Below are positions 15,565-23,539 of a stretch of 39,252 bases of DNA, in pieces. The stretch's first letter is position 1. Every line of letters begins with the position of its first letter. Below the pieces are notes generated by a model. It did not search any database and was not told the DNA's origin. It was given only the letters and a program-made list of their open reading frames with translations. Origin of the DNA: Patescibacteria group bacterium. Lineage in GTDB: Bacteria; Patescibacteriota; Doudnabacteria; UBA920. The position numbers and the translations under genes were made by a program. The DNA is taken from the NCBI GenBank assembly GCA_023487095.1, contig JAMDEL010000057.1:1-39252 (forward strand). The letters run 5' to 3'.

Positions 15565-15576
15565 CACGACAATTCC

Positions 15577-16791
15577 ATGAAATTCCAGCCAGCAAAACCG
15601 AAAAGGTCCGTATATTTGGATAATGCCGGAGCCACGCCTATGGACCCGGAAGCCGAGGCAGCCATGAGGCCATTTTTTGCAAGGGTTTTCGGCAACCCGT
15701 CCAGCCTGCATACCCAAGGGCGAAACGCAAAACAAGCGCTTGAATTTTTTAGAAAAAGCGTGGCCGGTTTGATTTCCGCCTTGCCCGAGGAGGTGGTGTT
15801 TACCGCAGGCGGCACTGAAAGCTGCAATTTGGCGATTTTTGGCCTTGCCGGTGCACTTGGAAAAAAGAAGGGTCACTTTATTACCACAGCCATTGAACAC
15901 CCGGCTGTGCTAGAGCCGTTTTTGAGGCTGGAAAAGTCGGGGCATAAGGTGACGTATTTGATGCCAAACAAGGAAGGGCTGATCACAGCTGGGCAGGTGG
16001 GCAAAGCCCTACGGGCTGATACGGCGCTGGTCTCGGTAATGTACGCGAATAATGAAATTGGCAGTATCCAGCCGATCGCTGAAATTGGCAGGTTGCTTTA
16101 TAAAGTGAATGTTGAGAGGCAAAAGAAAGGACTGTCTAAAATCTTTTTTCATACCGATGCGTGCCAGGCTGGGATGCTTGATTTGTCAGTAAAAAATTTG
16201 GGTGTAGATTTGATGACGGTCAACGGGGGCAAGATTCACGGCCCGAAACAATCCGGACTTTTGTATGTAAAAAATGGCACAAGGCTTTTGCCTCAAATTT
16301 TGGGAGGCGGCCAGGAAAGAGGTTTAAGGAGCGGCACGGAGAATGTGGCTGCCGTTGCCGGCTTTGCCAAGGCTCTTCAGCAAGTCCAAGTCAAAAGGCA
16401 GGGTATGTGTAAAAATATAACCAGCTTAAGAGACTATTTGGGAAAGCTTTTGCTAAAAAAAATTCCTGGACTGGTTTTGAACGGCCCCGGACTAGATTCG
16501 CCGCTCCGTTTGCCAAACAATTTAAATTTCACCGTGCCTAAAGTGGAAGGTGAGAGCCTGTTGATTTATTTGGACGCTGCCGGCATTTCTGTTTCAACGG
16601 GCAGCGCTTGTAGCACGAACAGCAGCAAGCCCTCGCATGTCTTAAAGGCAATCGGTATTTCAGAGGGGTTGATCCGCAACAACATCCGGATCACGCTGAA
16701 CAAGAACACTAAACGACAGGATGTGGAATACGTGTCCCAAGTCATGCCGGAGCTGATAAAACAAATTCAGAAAGTCAGAAATGAGCTATAA
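15577..16791 (+). CDS. iscS: cysteine desulfurase (class V aminotransferase, IscS/NifS-like)
   Basis: 404 aa from ATG 15577 (MKFQPAKPKRSVYLDNAGATPMD). PLP-lysine context NGGKIHGPKQSG and catalytic Cys loop STGSACS. The upstream part of track ORF 15451 lies in the structured non-coding region and was trimmed. Confidence 0.88.
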   Translation: MKFQPAKPKRSVYLDNAGATPMDPEAEAAMRPFFARVFGNPSSLHTQGRNAKQALEFFRKSVAGLISALPEEVVFTAGGTESCNLAIFGLAGALGKKKGHFITTAIEHPAVLEPFLRLEKSGHKVTYLMPNKEGLITAGQVGKALRADTALVSVMYANNEIGSIQPIAEIGRLLYKVNVERQKKGLSKIFFHTDACQAGMLDLSVKNLGVDLMTVNGGKIHGPKQSGLLYVKNGTRLLPQILGGGQERGLRSGTENVAAVAGFAKALQQVQVKRQGMCKNITSLRDYLGKLLLKKIPGLVLNGPGLDSPLRLPNNLNFTVPKVEGESLLIYLDAAGISVSTGSACSTNSSKPSHVLKAIGISEGLIRNNIRITLNKNTKRQDVEYVSQVMPELIKQIQKVRNEL

Positions 16792-16896
16792 AGTTAGCCT
16801 AATACTTTTTATTTCAGTCGTTTGTTAAGTTTAATTTAGTGCAAGGGCTTCTTTAGAGGGGAGTGAAAAAGAGTTTTTGTGCCTTGTTGGAAGTAA

Positions 16897-16936
16897 AATA
16901 AAACACGAAGAGCTTTGTTGCTCTTCGTGTTTTATT
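16897..16936. terminator. bidirectional intrinsic terminator
   Basis: 14-bp perfect stem AAAACACGAAGAGC / GCTCTTCGTGTTTT (16900-16933) with loop TTTGTT. A-rich 5' flank and T-rich 3' flank. Confidence 0.75.
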
Positions 16937-17028
16937 AGTTTCGTTTAAATGAAGTATTTAGCTATTATATGTGGTAGGGTAACTGTATTGGTAAGTATGG
17001 ACAGACAGCAGGAGACGGCTTTTGAAAA

Positions 17029-17072
17029 TATCCTACGTGTCGCACAATGTATCTTATGCGACACGTAGGATA
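17029..17072 (-). terminator. long perfect hairpin downstream of the minus-strand NUDIX gene
   Basis: 16-bp perfect inverted repeat TATCCTACGTGTCGCA / TGCGACACGTAGGATA with a 12-nt loop. The minus strand continues ATTTTCAAAA. It begins 10 nt after the NUDIX stop. Confidence 0.6.
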
Positions 17073-17081
17073 AAAAACGGA

Positions 17082-17492
17082 CTAACTAATGAATTTAACC
17101 CCTTGTTTATATGCAGGAATAAACTGTTTGTGTCCAAAAAAGATGTCCTCTGGCATTTCTTCCAACTTAAACCACTCCCATCTTTCGCATTTATCAGGTT
17201 CTCTGACTGCTGGTTCGCCAATCCATTTTTTTGCTAAAAAGTTTATTTGGATATAATGCTCATTCTGGCGCGGGTCGTTAATCAGTTGTAAGAATTCAAG
17301 CTCTGTAGCTTCAATGCCAGTTTCTTCAAGAACTTCTCTTTTGGCTCCGTCAATGAGTCCTTCCCCTGGCTCAAGATGACCGCCTGGCAGTCCCCAAGTA
17401 CCATAACCGACCTTGGACAGTCTTTTTCCCAATAAAATTTTACCGTCTTTTATGAAGAAAGTATTAATCCCAACTTTGATCTTATCAGACAT
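17082..17492 (-). CDS. NUDIX hydrolase (MutT-like)
   Basis: 136 aa. Nudix box GLPGGHLEPGEGLIDGAKREVLEETGI. Confidence 0.85.
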   Translation of the reverse strand: MSDKIKVGINTFFIKDGKILLGKRLSKVGYGTWGLPGGHLEPGEGLIDGAKREVLEETGIEATELEFLQLINDPRQNEHYIQINFLAKKWIGEPAVREPDKCERWEWFKLEEMPEDIFFGHKQFIPAYKQGVKFIS

Positions 17493-17506
17493 CAGTGTGG
17501 GTTATG

Positions 17507-18445
17507 CTATCTTCTGACAATGTCCCAATGGTTAGACTCAAGCGCGTAGATTGCTCCGGTTGCAGTATTTTGGTACTGCATGGCGTTATCACCGCTTCTG
17601 GGGCCAATATTTTTATAGTTGGCTTTAATATAGTCATCAAGTTTTGTATTTAAGCCTAAATCAAGTTTGTATCCATTGCTGTGGCCATACGTGCCGGCAG
17701 CGTGTCCGGGCTCGGTTCCTCCAGTAACTATGACCGTACAGCCGCATTTTTGTTTAAGATTGACGATCTCAGCAGCAATATTCGGCTGAAGGCCTTGTAG
17801 CATTGTCTGCGGGGGTTGGGCGTTAATAGAAATCCCATTATCCTGAAAATATTTTCTGGCCTGCTGTTCCTGCATGCCGGTGCCGGTGCCCGAACCTCCC
17901 GGTGTTGTTGTTCCTGTGCCAGGCTGAACTACTGGCGGTGGTATTTGATTCCAACCTGTGGCGTCCAGCTCTACGCTGGGCGGCTGGATGGACTTAAACT
18001 CTATCAGGTCAGGGTTAATAGCCTTAAGCAGCAAGAAACCACCCAAAAGAATGACCATGGCCGTAATGCTGCTTATCAATATGTCCTTGGCTTTGTCCAC
18101 CGATTCCTGGTTGCCATCCGCGGACATGTAAATGTATCCGGCGACGACCACAAAAAATACGGCTATGCTTGAGCCTAAAATAATCGCAAATTTGTAGAGT
18201 TGGTTGATGCAGCGGTATAAATCCTGGCTAGCGGAATTGTTGGCAGCCGCATTGCTGGTTCCGACCCCGGGCGTATTGCCCTGGTCCTTGCTGGCGTCCG
18301 TGGGCGCACACAAATATTTTTCTATTTCGCCGCTGACCCCGGTGTATTTTGGCAGTTCACCTGCTGCATATACCACGGTATGCGCAAAAAATAAATATAC
18401 GACCATGAAAAATAGAAAGTATTTTTTCATGCGAAGATTTTTCAT
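17507..18445 (-). CDS. fusion protein: T4SS-type (TrbC/VirB2-like) pilin module plus C-terminal LAS/M15-like zinc peptidase domain
   Basis: 312 aa. Signal peptide, a Cys pair and two TM helices separated by SADGNQESVDKAKDIL (pilin-like). A Pro/Gly/Thr-rich linker follows. The C-terminus carries VIVTGGTE, HSNGYKLDL (HxxGxxxD-like) and ESNHWDI (ExxHW-like). Confidence 0.55.
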   Translation of the reverse strand: MKNLRMKKYFLFFMVVYLFFAHTVVYAAGELPKYTGVSGEIEKYLCAPTDASKDQGNTPGVGTSNAAANNSASQDLYRCINQLYKFAIILGSSIAVFFVVVAGYIYMSADGNQESVDKAKDILISSITAMVILLGGFLLLKAINPDLIEFKSIQPPSVELDATGWNQIPPPVVQPGTGTTTPGGSGTGTGMQEQQARKYFQDNGISINAQPPQTMLQGLQPNIAAEIVNLKQKCGCTVIVTGGTEPGHAAGTYGHSNGYKLDLGLNTKLDDYIKANYKNIGPRSGDNAMQYQNTATGAIYALESNHWDIVRR

Positions 18446-18464
18446 AGCTTTGTGTTAGTTTGTT

Positions 18465-19817
18465 TTATAAGAAATCTAATGGGTTATAAGTGTAGCCATA
18501 AGGCAAACGGTAAGGGCCATAAATGTTGGTGTAAGCGCCATCTTTCACCCCAAAACCTTCAGCATCGTACACCCCAAAATGAATATGGTATCCCCTTTCA
18601 GGACCGTAAAGCTTTTTTGTGGTGTTGCCTGTATTGCCTTCGTAGCCAACCAAATCCCCTTGTTTGACTGCCTGCCCGGGTTTGACCTTTATGGTCCTGA
18701 AATGCCCGTAGAGGGTCACAATTTGCCTGGTCCCGGTCTTAGTCTTGATGCTGTGCTTGATTGCCACCCAGTTGCCGTAAGAGGTATCGCTATAGTCGGT
18801 ATAAAGGACATTGCCGTCAGCCGCGGCATAAATCGGCTGGCCCGCCGGGGCCGCCACATCAATGCCGTTGTGAAAATTGTAGCCTAAGGCCCTAAAGCCT
18901 GTGTTGCCATAGCCTTGGGTCAAAACGCCGTCCATTGGCCAGGCTAAGACGCCCTTACTGGCCGAAATGCTGCGATTGCCGAGTTTCGCGCGGATTTGAG
19001 CATCTAAATCCTCAATTTCCTTTTGGATGTCGGCTTCTTGTTTTTGGCTAACCGCCAAAAGTTTTTGAAAGTTCTTCTCCAAGCCCCTAGTCTGGTTTAG
19101 AAGCGAAGTTTTTTGGTTGCGTTGGGCTACTAAACTTTTTTGTGCAATCTCCAGCTGCTCTTTGAGCTCATTTAGTTTTTTTAGCTGGGCTTCCAGCTCA
19201 ATTTTTTGTTCCTGAAGCTTCTTTTTTAATTCTTTAATCTTCTGGACGAGCTGATAGATTTTGCCCTGATAATTCTGGGTATATTGAATCTGGTCCAGGA
19301 AATCTGAAAGATTATCCGAACCCAGGGTGGTTTTAAGCAAAAAACTGTCATCAAACTGGCTTAATTGTTTGAGCAGTTCGGCCAGGATTTTCTTGTTTTC
19401 CTCAATTTCTTTGGTTTTTTGGTCAATCACCTTCTCCAGCTCAGCAATTTGCATCTGGGTATCCTCAATCTGCGTATTCTTGGCTTCTATCTGGAGCTCC
19501 GCAGAGGCTATTTCCCGGTCATATATGAGGATTTCGTTTTTTAGGCTGCTGCTCTTTTTACGGGTTTCGTCTATTTGTTTGGTGTAGCTTTTTATTTCCT
19601 GGTTCAACCGGTCAAGCTTTTTTTGCCTGTCAGTCTTCTGGCTACTCAGGTCTTCCACAGTGTTTTCGGCCTTAACGGGAATATTGAGGCTAAGCAGCAA
19701 AAAAACGGCCAATCCGGCAAAAATTTTGACTGTTGCCGCTGGTTTTTGTTTTAAGATATTTATTTCTGTATGCCAAAACATTGAGTGTATTATAACAGGA
19801 ATTTCAATGATTGGCAA
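18465..19817 (-). CDS. coiled-coil M23 family metallopeptidase (EnvC-like architecture, catalytic residues intact)
   Basis: 450 aa. N-terminal TM, about 250 aa of heptad-like Lys/Glu/Gln/Leu-rich sequence, then HNGIDVAAPAGQPIYAAADG (HxxxD) and GYHIHFGVY (HxH). Confidence 0.85.
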   Translation of the reverse strand: MPIIEIPVIIHSMFWHTEINILKQKPAATVKIFAGLAVFLLLSLNIPVKAENTVEDLSSQKTDRQKKLDRLNQEIKSYTKQIDETRKKSSSLKNEILIYDREIASAELQIEAKNTQIEDTQMQIAELEKVIDQKTKEIEENKKILAELLKQLSQFDDSFLLKTTLGSDNLSDFLDQIQYTQNYQGKIYQLVQKIKELKKKLQEQKIELEAQLKKLNELKEQLEIAQKSLVAQRNQKTSLLNQTRGLEKNFQKLLAVSQKQEADIQKEIEDLDAQIRAKLGNRSISASKGVLAWPMDGVLTQGYGNTGFRALGYNFHNGIDVAAPAGQPIYAAADGNVLYTDYSDTSYGNWVAIKHSIKTKTGTRQIVTLYGHFRTIKVKPGQAVKQGDLVGYEGNTGNTTKKLYGPERGYHIHFGVYDAEGFGVKDGAYTNIYGPYRLPYGYTYNPLDFL

Positions 19818-19822
19818 AAATT

Positions 19823-21334
19823 TTATTCCAATTTGTCCAGTCCCCTCTTTATCCGCTTTAGGATTTCTTCCTTGCCCAGTCCAAGAAAAAGAGTGCTGGT
19901 AATTTCAAATGGGCCCGGACTGGCAGGCAGGCCGGTTAAACAAACGCGCAAAGGCCAGAGTACTGACCCGTTGTCAAAATGATTTTCGCTAATAAAGTTT
20001 TTTAGTTCAGTTTCCAACGCGGTTTTTTCATATTTGGAATCATCCAATCCAAAAAAGAAGTCGTGCAGTTTAAGCAGTTTATCTTTTGCGTCCTTCTGGT
20101 CGGATTTTTTCCAGACCAACAATTCTTTCTCGTACTCAGGTTGGGCAAAAAAGTATTTAGTCCTTTCCCCCAAATCGGAAAGAATTGTTGGTCTGGAAAA
20201 ATCCAGTTCCAAAATCGCAGCCAAATAGTCCTTGCTGTAGGTCTGGGGGTTTATGCCCTTTTGTTCCCAAAATGGCAGAGCCAAGGCAACCAGTTCCCGG
20301 TGGGGTTTATTGCGCAGGTAGAGGCTGTTGAGCCACTCTAGTTTGGTCAAGTCAAAAATCGCCGCCGATTTGTTGATTTTTTTCAAATCAAATTGCTGGA
20401 CAAGCTCTTCCAGGGAAAAAATTTCCTGGTCCGTTTTAGGGTTCCAACCCAGGAAAGCTACAAAATTTATCAACGCCTCTTTGAGATAGCCTTTAGTCAG
20501 GAAATCCTCAACCGCAACGTCGCCTTGCCGTTTGGACAGCTTGGACTTGTCGGGGTTCAGAATAAGTGGAACGTGCGCGAATTGCGGCGCTGCCCAACCG
20601 AACGCCTGGTAAAGCAGGATGTGTTTGGGTGTGGAGGGTATCCATTCTTCGCCCCGGATAACGTGGCTAATTTCCATAAAATGATCGTCAACAACCACCG
20701 CCAAATGGTAAGTAGGGAAACCGTCTGACTTTAGGATTACCTGGTCGTCCAGTACCCGGTGGTCATAATTCATATCGCCATAAACCAGGTCGTGGATTAT
20801 AGTTTGGCCTTCAGCCGGGATGGCTTGGCGTATAACCGGTGTCTTGCCCGCTGCCTTAAACTCGGCCAGTTTAGTCTCTATTTCCTGGGGCAACATTTTG
20901 CGGCAGCAGCGGTCATACATCGGCGGTTTTTTTAAAGCCACTTGCTCCTTGCGCACCTCTTCCAGCCTTTGTTCGTCGCAAAAACAGTAATAAGCCGAAC
21001 CATTTTTTACCAATTCAAGAGCATATTTTTTGTACAGCTCCAGCCTTTGAGATTGTAGGTATGGGCCATGGCTGCCTTTTTCTTGGACCTTGCCCTGAGC
21101 ATCAAGGTAAAAGCCCTCGTCAAAATCTATGCCCATGTGAGCCATAACTTTAAGCAGGTTTTCAACCGCGCCTTCTACAAAGCGGTTTTGGTCAGTGTCT
21201 TCAATCCTTAAAACCAGACTGCCTGAATTGTGCCGGGCAAAGAGAAAAGCAAAAAGCGCGGTTCTTAAGGAACCGATGTGGACGAAGCCCGTAGGGCTGG
21301 GGGCAAAACGCGTTCTGATGTTGGATTTGGGCAT
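19823..21334 (-). CDS. gltX: glutamate--tRNA ligase
   Basis: 503 aa. RFAPSPTGFVHIGSLRTAL (HIGH region) and KLSKRQG (KMSKS). Confidence 0.95.
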   Translation of the reverse strand: MPKSNIRTRFAPSPTGFVHIGSLRTALFAFLFARHNSGSLVLRIEDTDQNRFVEGAVENLLKVMAHMGIDFDEGFYLDAQGKVQEKGSHGPYLQSQRLELYKKYALELVKNGSAYYCFCDEQRLEEVRKEQVALKKPPMYDRCCRKMLPQEIETKLAEFKAAGKTPVIRQAIPAEGQTIIHDLVYGDMNYDHRVLDDQVILKSDGFPTYHLAVVVDDHFMEISHVIRGEEWIPSTPKHILLYQAFGWAAPQFAHVPLILNPDKSKLSKRQGDVAVEDFLTKGYLKEALINFVAFLGWNPKTDQEIFSLEELVQQFDLKKINKSAAIFDLTKLEWLNSLYLRNKPHRELVALALPFWEQKGINPQTYSKDYLAAILELDFSRPTILSDLGERTKYFFAQPEYEKELLVWKKSDQKDAKDKLLKLHDFFFGLDDSKYEKTALETELKNFISENHFDNGSVLWPLRVCLTGLPASPGPFEITSTLFLGLGKEEILKRIKRGLDKLE

Positions 21335-21354
21335 GGATTTTTATGTAAAGACCA

Positions 21355-22695
21355 TTAAATTATAGCCTTTTCATGCATTTCTTTCAAATCATCCAGTGCA
21401 ATTTCCATAAGCCCGAACTTGTCTGCATGAAGGATGTTTTTGAGCTCCTCAGGCTTTATCCATTTGTAGTTTATAAACTCATCCTGGTCCAGACGAATTT
21501 CTCCCTGGCCGTTAAACTTAAAATATAAGATGTACTGTTTTTGGCCTCGGTAGTGAAATCTGGGACCGGTAATCAGTTTGTGATCGGCCGGCCATTGGTA
21601 GCAGAATACCCGCTGTGAAGTTTTAAGGAATTTTAGGTTTTGTATCCCGGTTTCTTCAAAGCATTCGCGCTGCGCCGCGGCTACCAGCTCCTCCCCCAAT
21701 TCCACCCCGCCTTGCGGGAATTGCCAGCGCCCGGCAAAATTTTTGTCCCCCGACAATGGAAAAACATCCTTTGCCGGATGGTTGGGATTGAACTTGCCTA
21801 CAAAGATCTCGTTTTGCGGGTTAAGTATCACGCTGACGACATTTTGCCTGTACGGTAAGGTGGAAAAAATTTTATAGTGCAAAGACATTTTGACTGTCCG
21901 CCAGGTGGCATTCCGAATTCTTTGCCCTCTCCCCTTTTGGGTAAAGAGCCGCCAGAGCCACTCCAAACCGCTATGACGCACGAATTTTGGCGGCAGCGGC
22001 TTGGTGCCGGCCAGGTAGTCAAAGGTTCCGCCCAAGCCAATAGCCAGTTTTACCGGAAGGCTTTTTAGGTGTTCGGCAATCCATTTTTCTTGGACAATGG
22101 GCCCGTAAGCCACAAACAACATGTCCGGTTTAGCCTGCTTTATTTCCTCCAATACCGAGAGGTCACCGGGATTTTTGTTTGAAAAATGGACCCTTAGCTC
22201 TGAGCCATAATTTTTTTTGCAGTATTCCTTTAGCCTCTCGGCCGCCAGCTGGGGAGTGTTCCCGAAGCCGCCTAAAAGAAAAACAGACCAATCATTCCTT
22301 GTTGCCAACCCGGCCAGGTCCCAGATTAGTTCCGCACCCACAATTTTTTCAGGAATAATCTTTTTTATTTTCCCGGGTGCAATGACAATGAAAAGTAGGG
22401 TATAAAAAGCCTGCCACCAGGCTTGGATAATTTTTTGCCAAAATTTTTTCCTTGTTAGGGGCAGGGAAAAAAACTTTGCCGCCCACATGATGCCAATGCC
22501 GTCGGCTACGGCAAAGTCGGCCTGGTTCAGGAACTTCAGGCTTTTGGGCGACCAAAGTATGTGATACAAAAATTCTGAATACGGCGTGGCAATGAAAATT
22601 TGCTTGTTGGCCTTAAGACCGGCCTCTGTTTTTTCCAGCAGTTCGCGCTTGGTTATAGCATCGATTCTCAATCCGGCAATGTCAATTTTTGTCAT
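21355..22695 (-). CDS. fusion protein: WecG/TagA/CpsF-family glycosyltransferase plus C-terminal RppH-like NUDIX domain
   Basis: 446 aa. N-terminal ~280 aa carry AVADGIGIMWAAK, LLGGFGN, GLGGTFDYLAG and LEWLWRLFTQKGR. The C-terminal ~160 aa carry GRWQFPQGGVELGEELVAAAQRECFEETGI. Confidence 0.75.
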   Translation of the reverse strand: MTKIDIAGLRIDAITKRELLEKTEAGLKANKQIFIATPYSEFLYHILWSPKSLKFLNQADFAVADGIGIMWAAKFFSLPLTRKKFWQKIIQAWWQAFYTLLFIVIAPGKIKKIIPEKIVGAELIWDLAGLATRNDWSVFLLGGFGNTPQLAAERLKEYCKKNYGSELRVHFSNKNPGDLSVLEEIKQAKPDMLFVAYGPIVQEKWIAEHLKSLPVKLAIGLGGTFDYLAGTKPLPPKFVRHSGLEWLWRLFTQKGRGQRIRNATWRTVKMSLHYKIFSTLPYRQNVVSVILNPQNEIFVGKFNPNHPAKDVFPLSGDKNFAGRWQFPQGGVELGEELVAAAQRECFEETGIQNLKFLKTSQRVFCYQWPADHKLITGPRFHYRGQKQYILYFKFNGQGEIRLDQDEFINYKWIKPEELKNILHADKFGLMEIALDDLKEMHEKAII

Positions 22696-22728
22696 GCTCG
22701 TATTATAGCCTATTTCTAGCTTTTCTTG

Positions 22729-22734
22729 TATAAT
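22729..22734 (+). promoter_or_regulatory. -10 box abutting the start codon (leaderless mRNA candidate)
   Basis: TATAAT at 22729-22734, then 6 nt, then ATG 22741. Confidence 0.4.
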
Positions 22735-22740
22735 TATGGC

Positions 22741-23022
22741 ATGGAATCACTGGGTAAAATTGCAGCCAAGAGGACAAAAAACCCGGCCAAGCCTAAAGCC
22801 AGCCCATACCTTCACTCCCCCAACCATCTGCTGGCTGACGAGCTGGTAAACAGGCTCAATGATAAAAAACATTTTGGGTTCTATTTGCGGATGGCAACGC
22901 TTTACAGTCATGAGGTGCTAAGACATCTGGCTGGGCAGGTCCTGGAAGCCAAGGGGGTTAAAAATCCGGGCAAGCTTTTCGCCTTTTTAATCAAGAAGCA
23001 TAACCAGCAAATTAAGCAGTAA
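22741..23022 (+). CDS. hypothetical small basic protein
   Basis: 93 aa from ATG 22741 (MESLGKIAAKRTKNP...). The track's TTG 22726 lies inside the -10 box. No motif recognised. Confidence 0.5.
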   Translation: MESLGKIAAKRTKNPAKPKASPYLHSPNHLLADELVNRLNDKKHFGFYLRMATLYSHEVLRHLAGQVLEAKGVKNPGKLFAFLIKKHNQQIKQ

Positions 23023-23030
23023 AGATACTT

Positions 23031-23534
23031 ATGGTGCTGCCAATAAAAAAATTTCCCGACAAGGTCTTGCGGGCTCCGACGCAAAAGGTGGCTTTTCCTT
23101 TGTCGGAAGAAATGAAAAAATTGACGTTGGACATGATAGATACCGTGAAAGCTGCGGACGGCATTGGTTTGGCGGCGCCGCAGGTGGGCAAGTCGGTCAA
23201 GCTCGTCGTCATTAATTTGGAAAAGAGCGGATTGGAGCTTTTCCCTCTGTATAACCCCAAGATTCTGAAAAGAGGTTTTAAAAAAGTTGAAATTGAAGAG
23301 GGTTGTCTTTCTTTGCCGGGCATTTTTGGGATGGTTAAGCGGCCGAAGAAAATTAAGGTGGAAGCCCAAAACATGAAAGGCGAAAAAGTGGTTTTTGAAG
23401 ACGACGGCTGGGTGTCCAGGGTGGTCCAGCATGAGGTTGATCACATAGACAATGTCCTGATTATTGATTTAATTAAGAAGTACACCCAGGGCGAGGACTT
23501 GGTTAAAGCCTGGAAAAAACAGAAATTATTTTAA
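23031..23534 (+). CDS. def: peptide deformylase
   Basis: 167 aa. Motifs GIGLAAPQVG, EEGCLSLPG and VQHEVDHI. Confidence 0.93.
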   Translation: MVLPIKKFPDKVLRAPTQKVAFPLSEEMKKLTLDMIDTVKAADGIGLAAPQVGKSVKLVVINLEKSGLELFPLYNPKILKRGFKKVEIEEGCLSLPGIFGMVKRPKKIKVEAQNMKGEKVVFEDDGWVSRVVQHEVDHIDNVLIIDLIKKYTQGEDLVKAWKKQKLF

Positions 23535-23539
23535 GCTAA

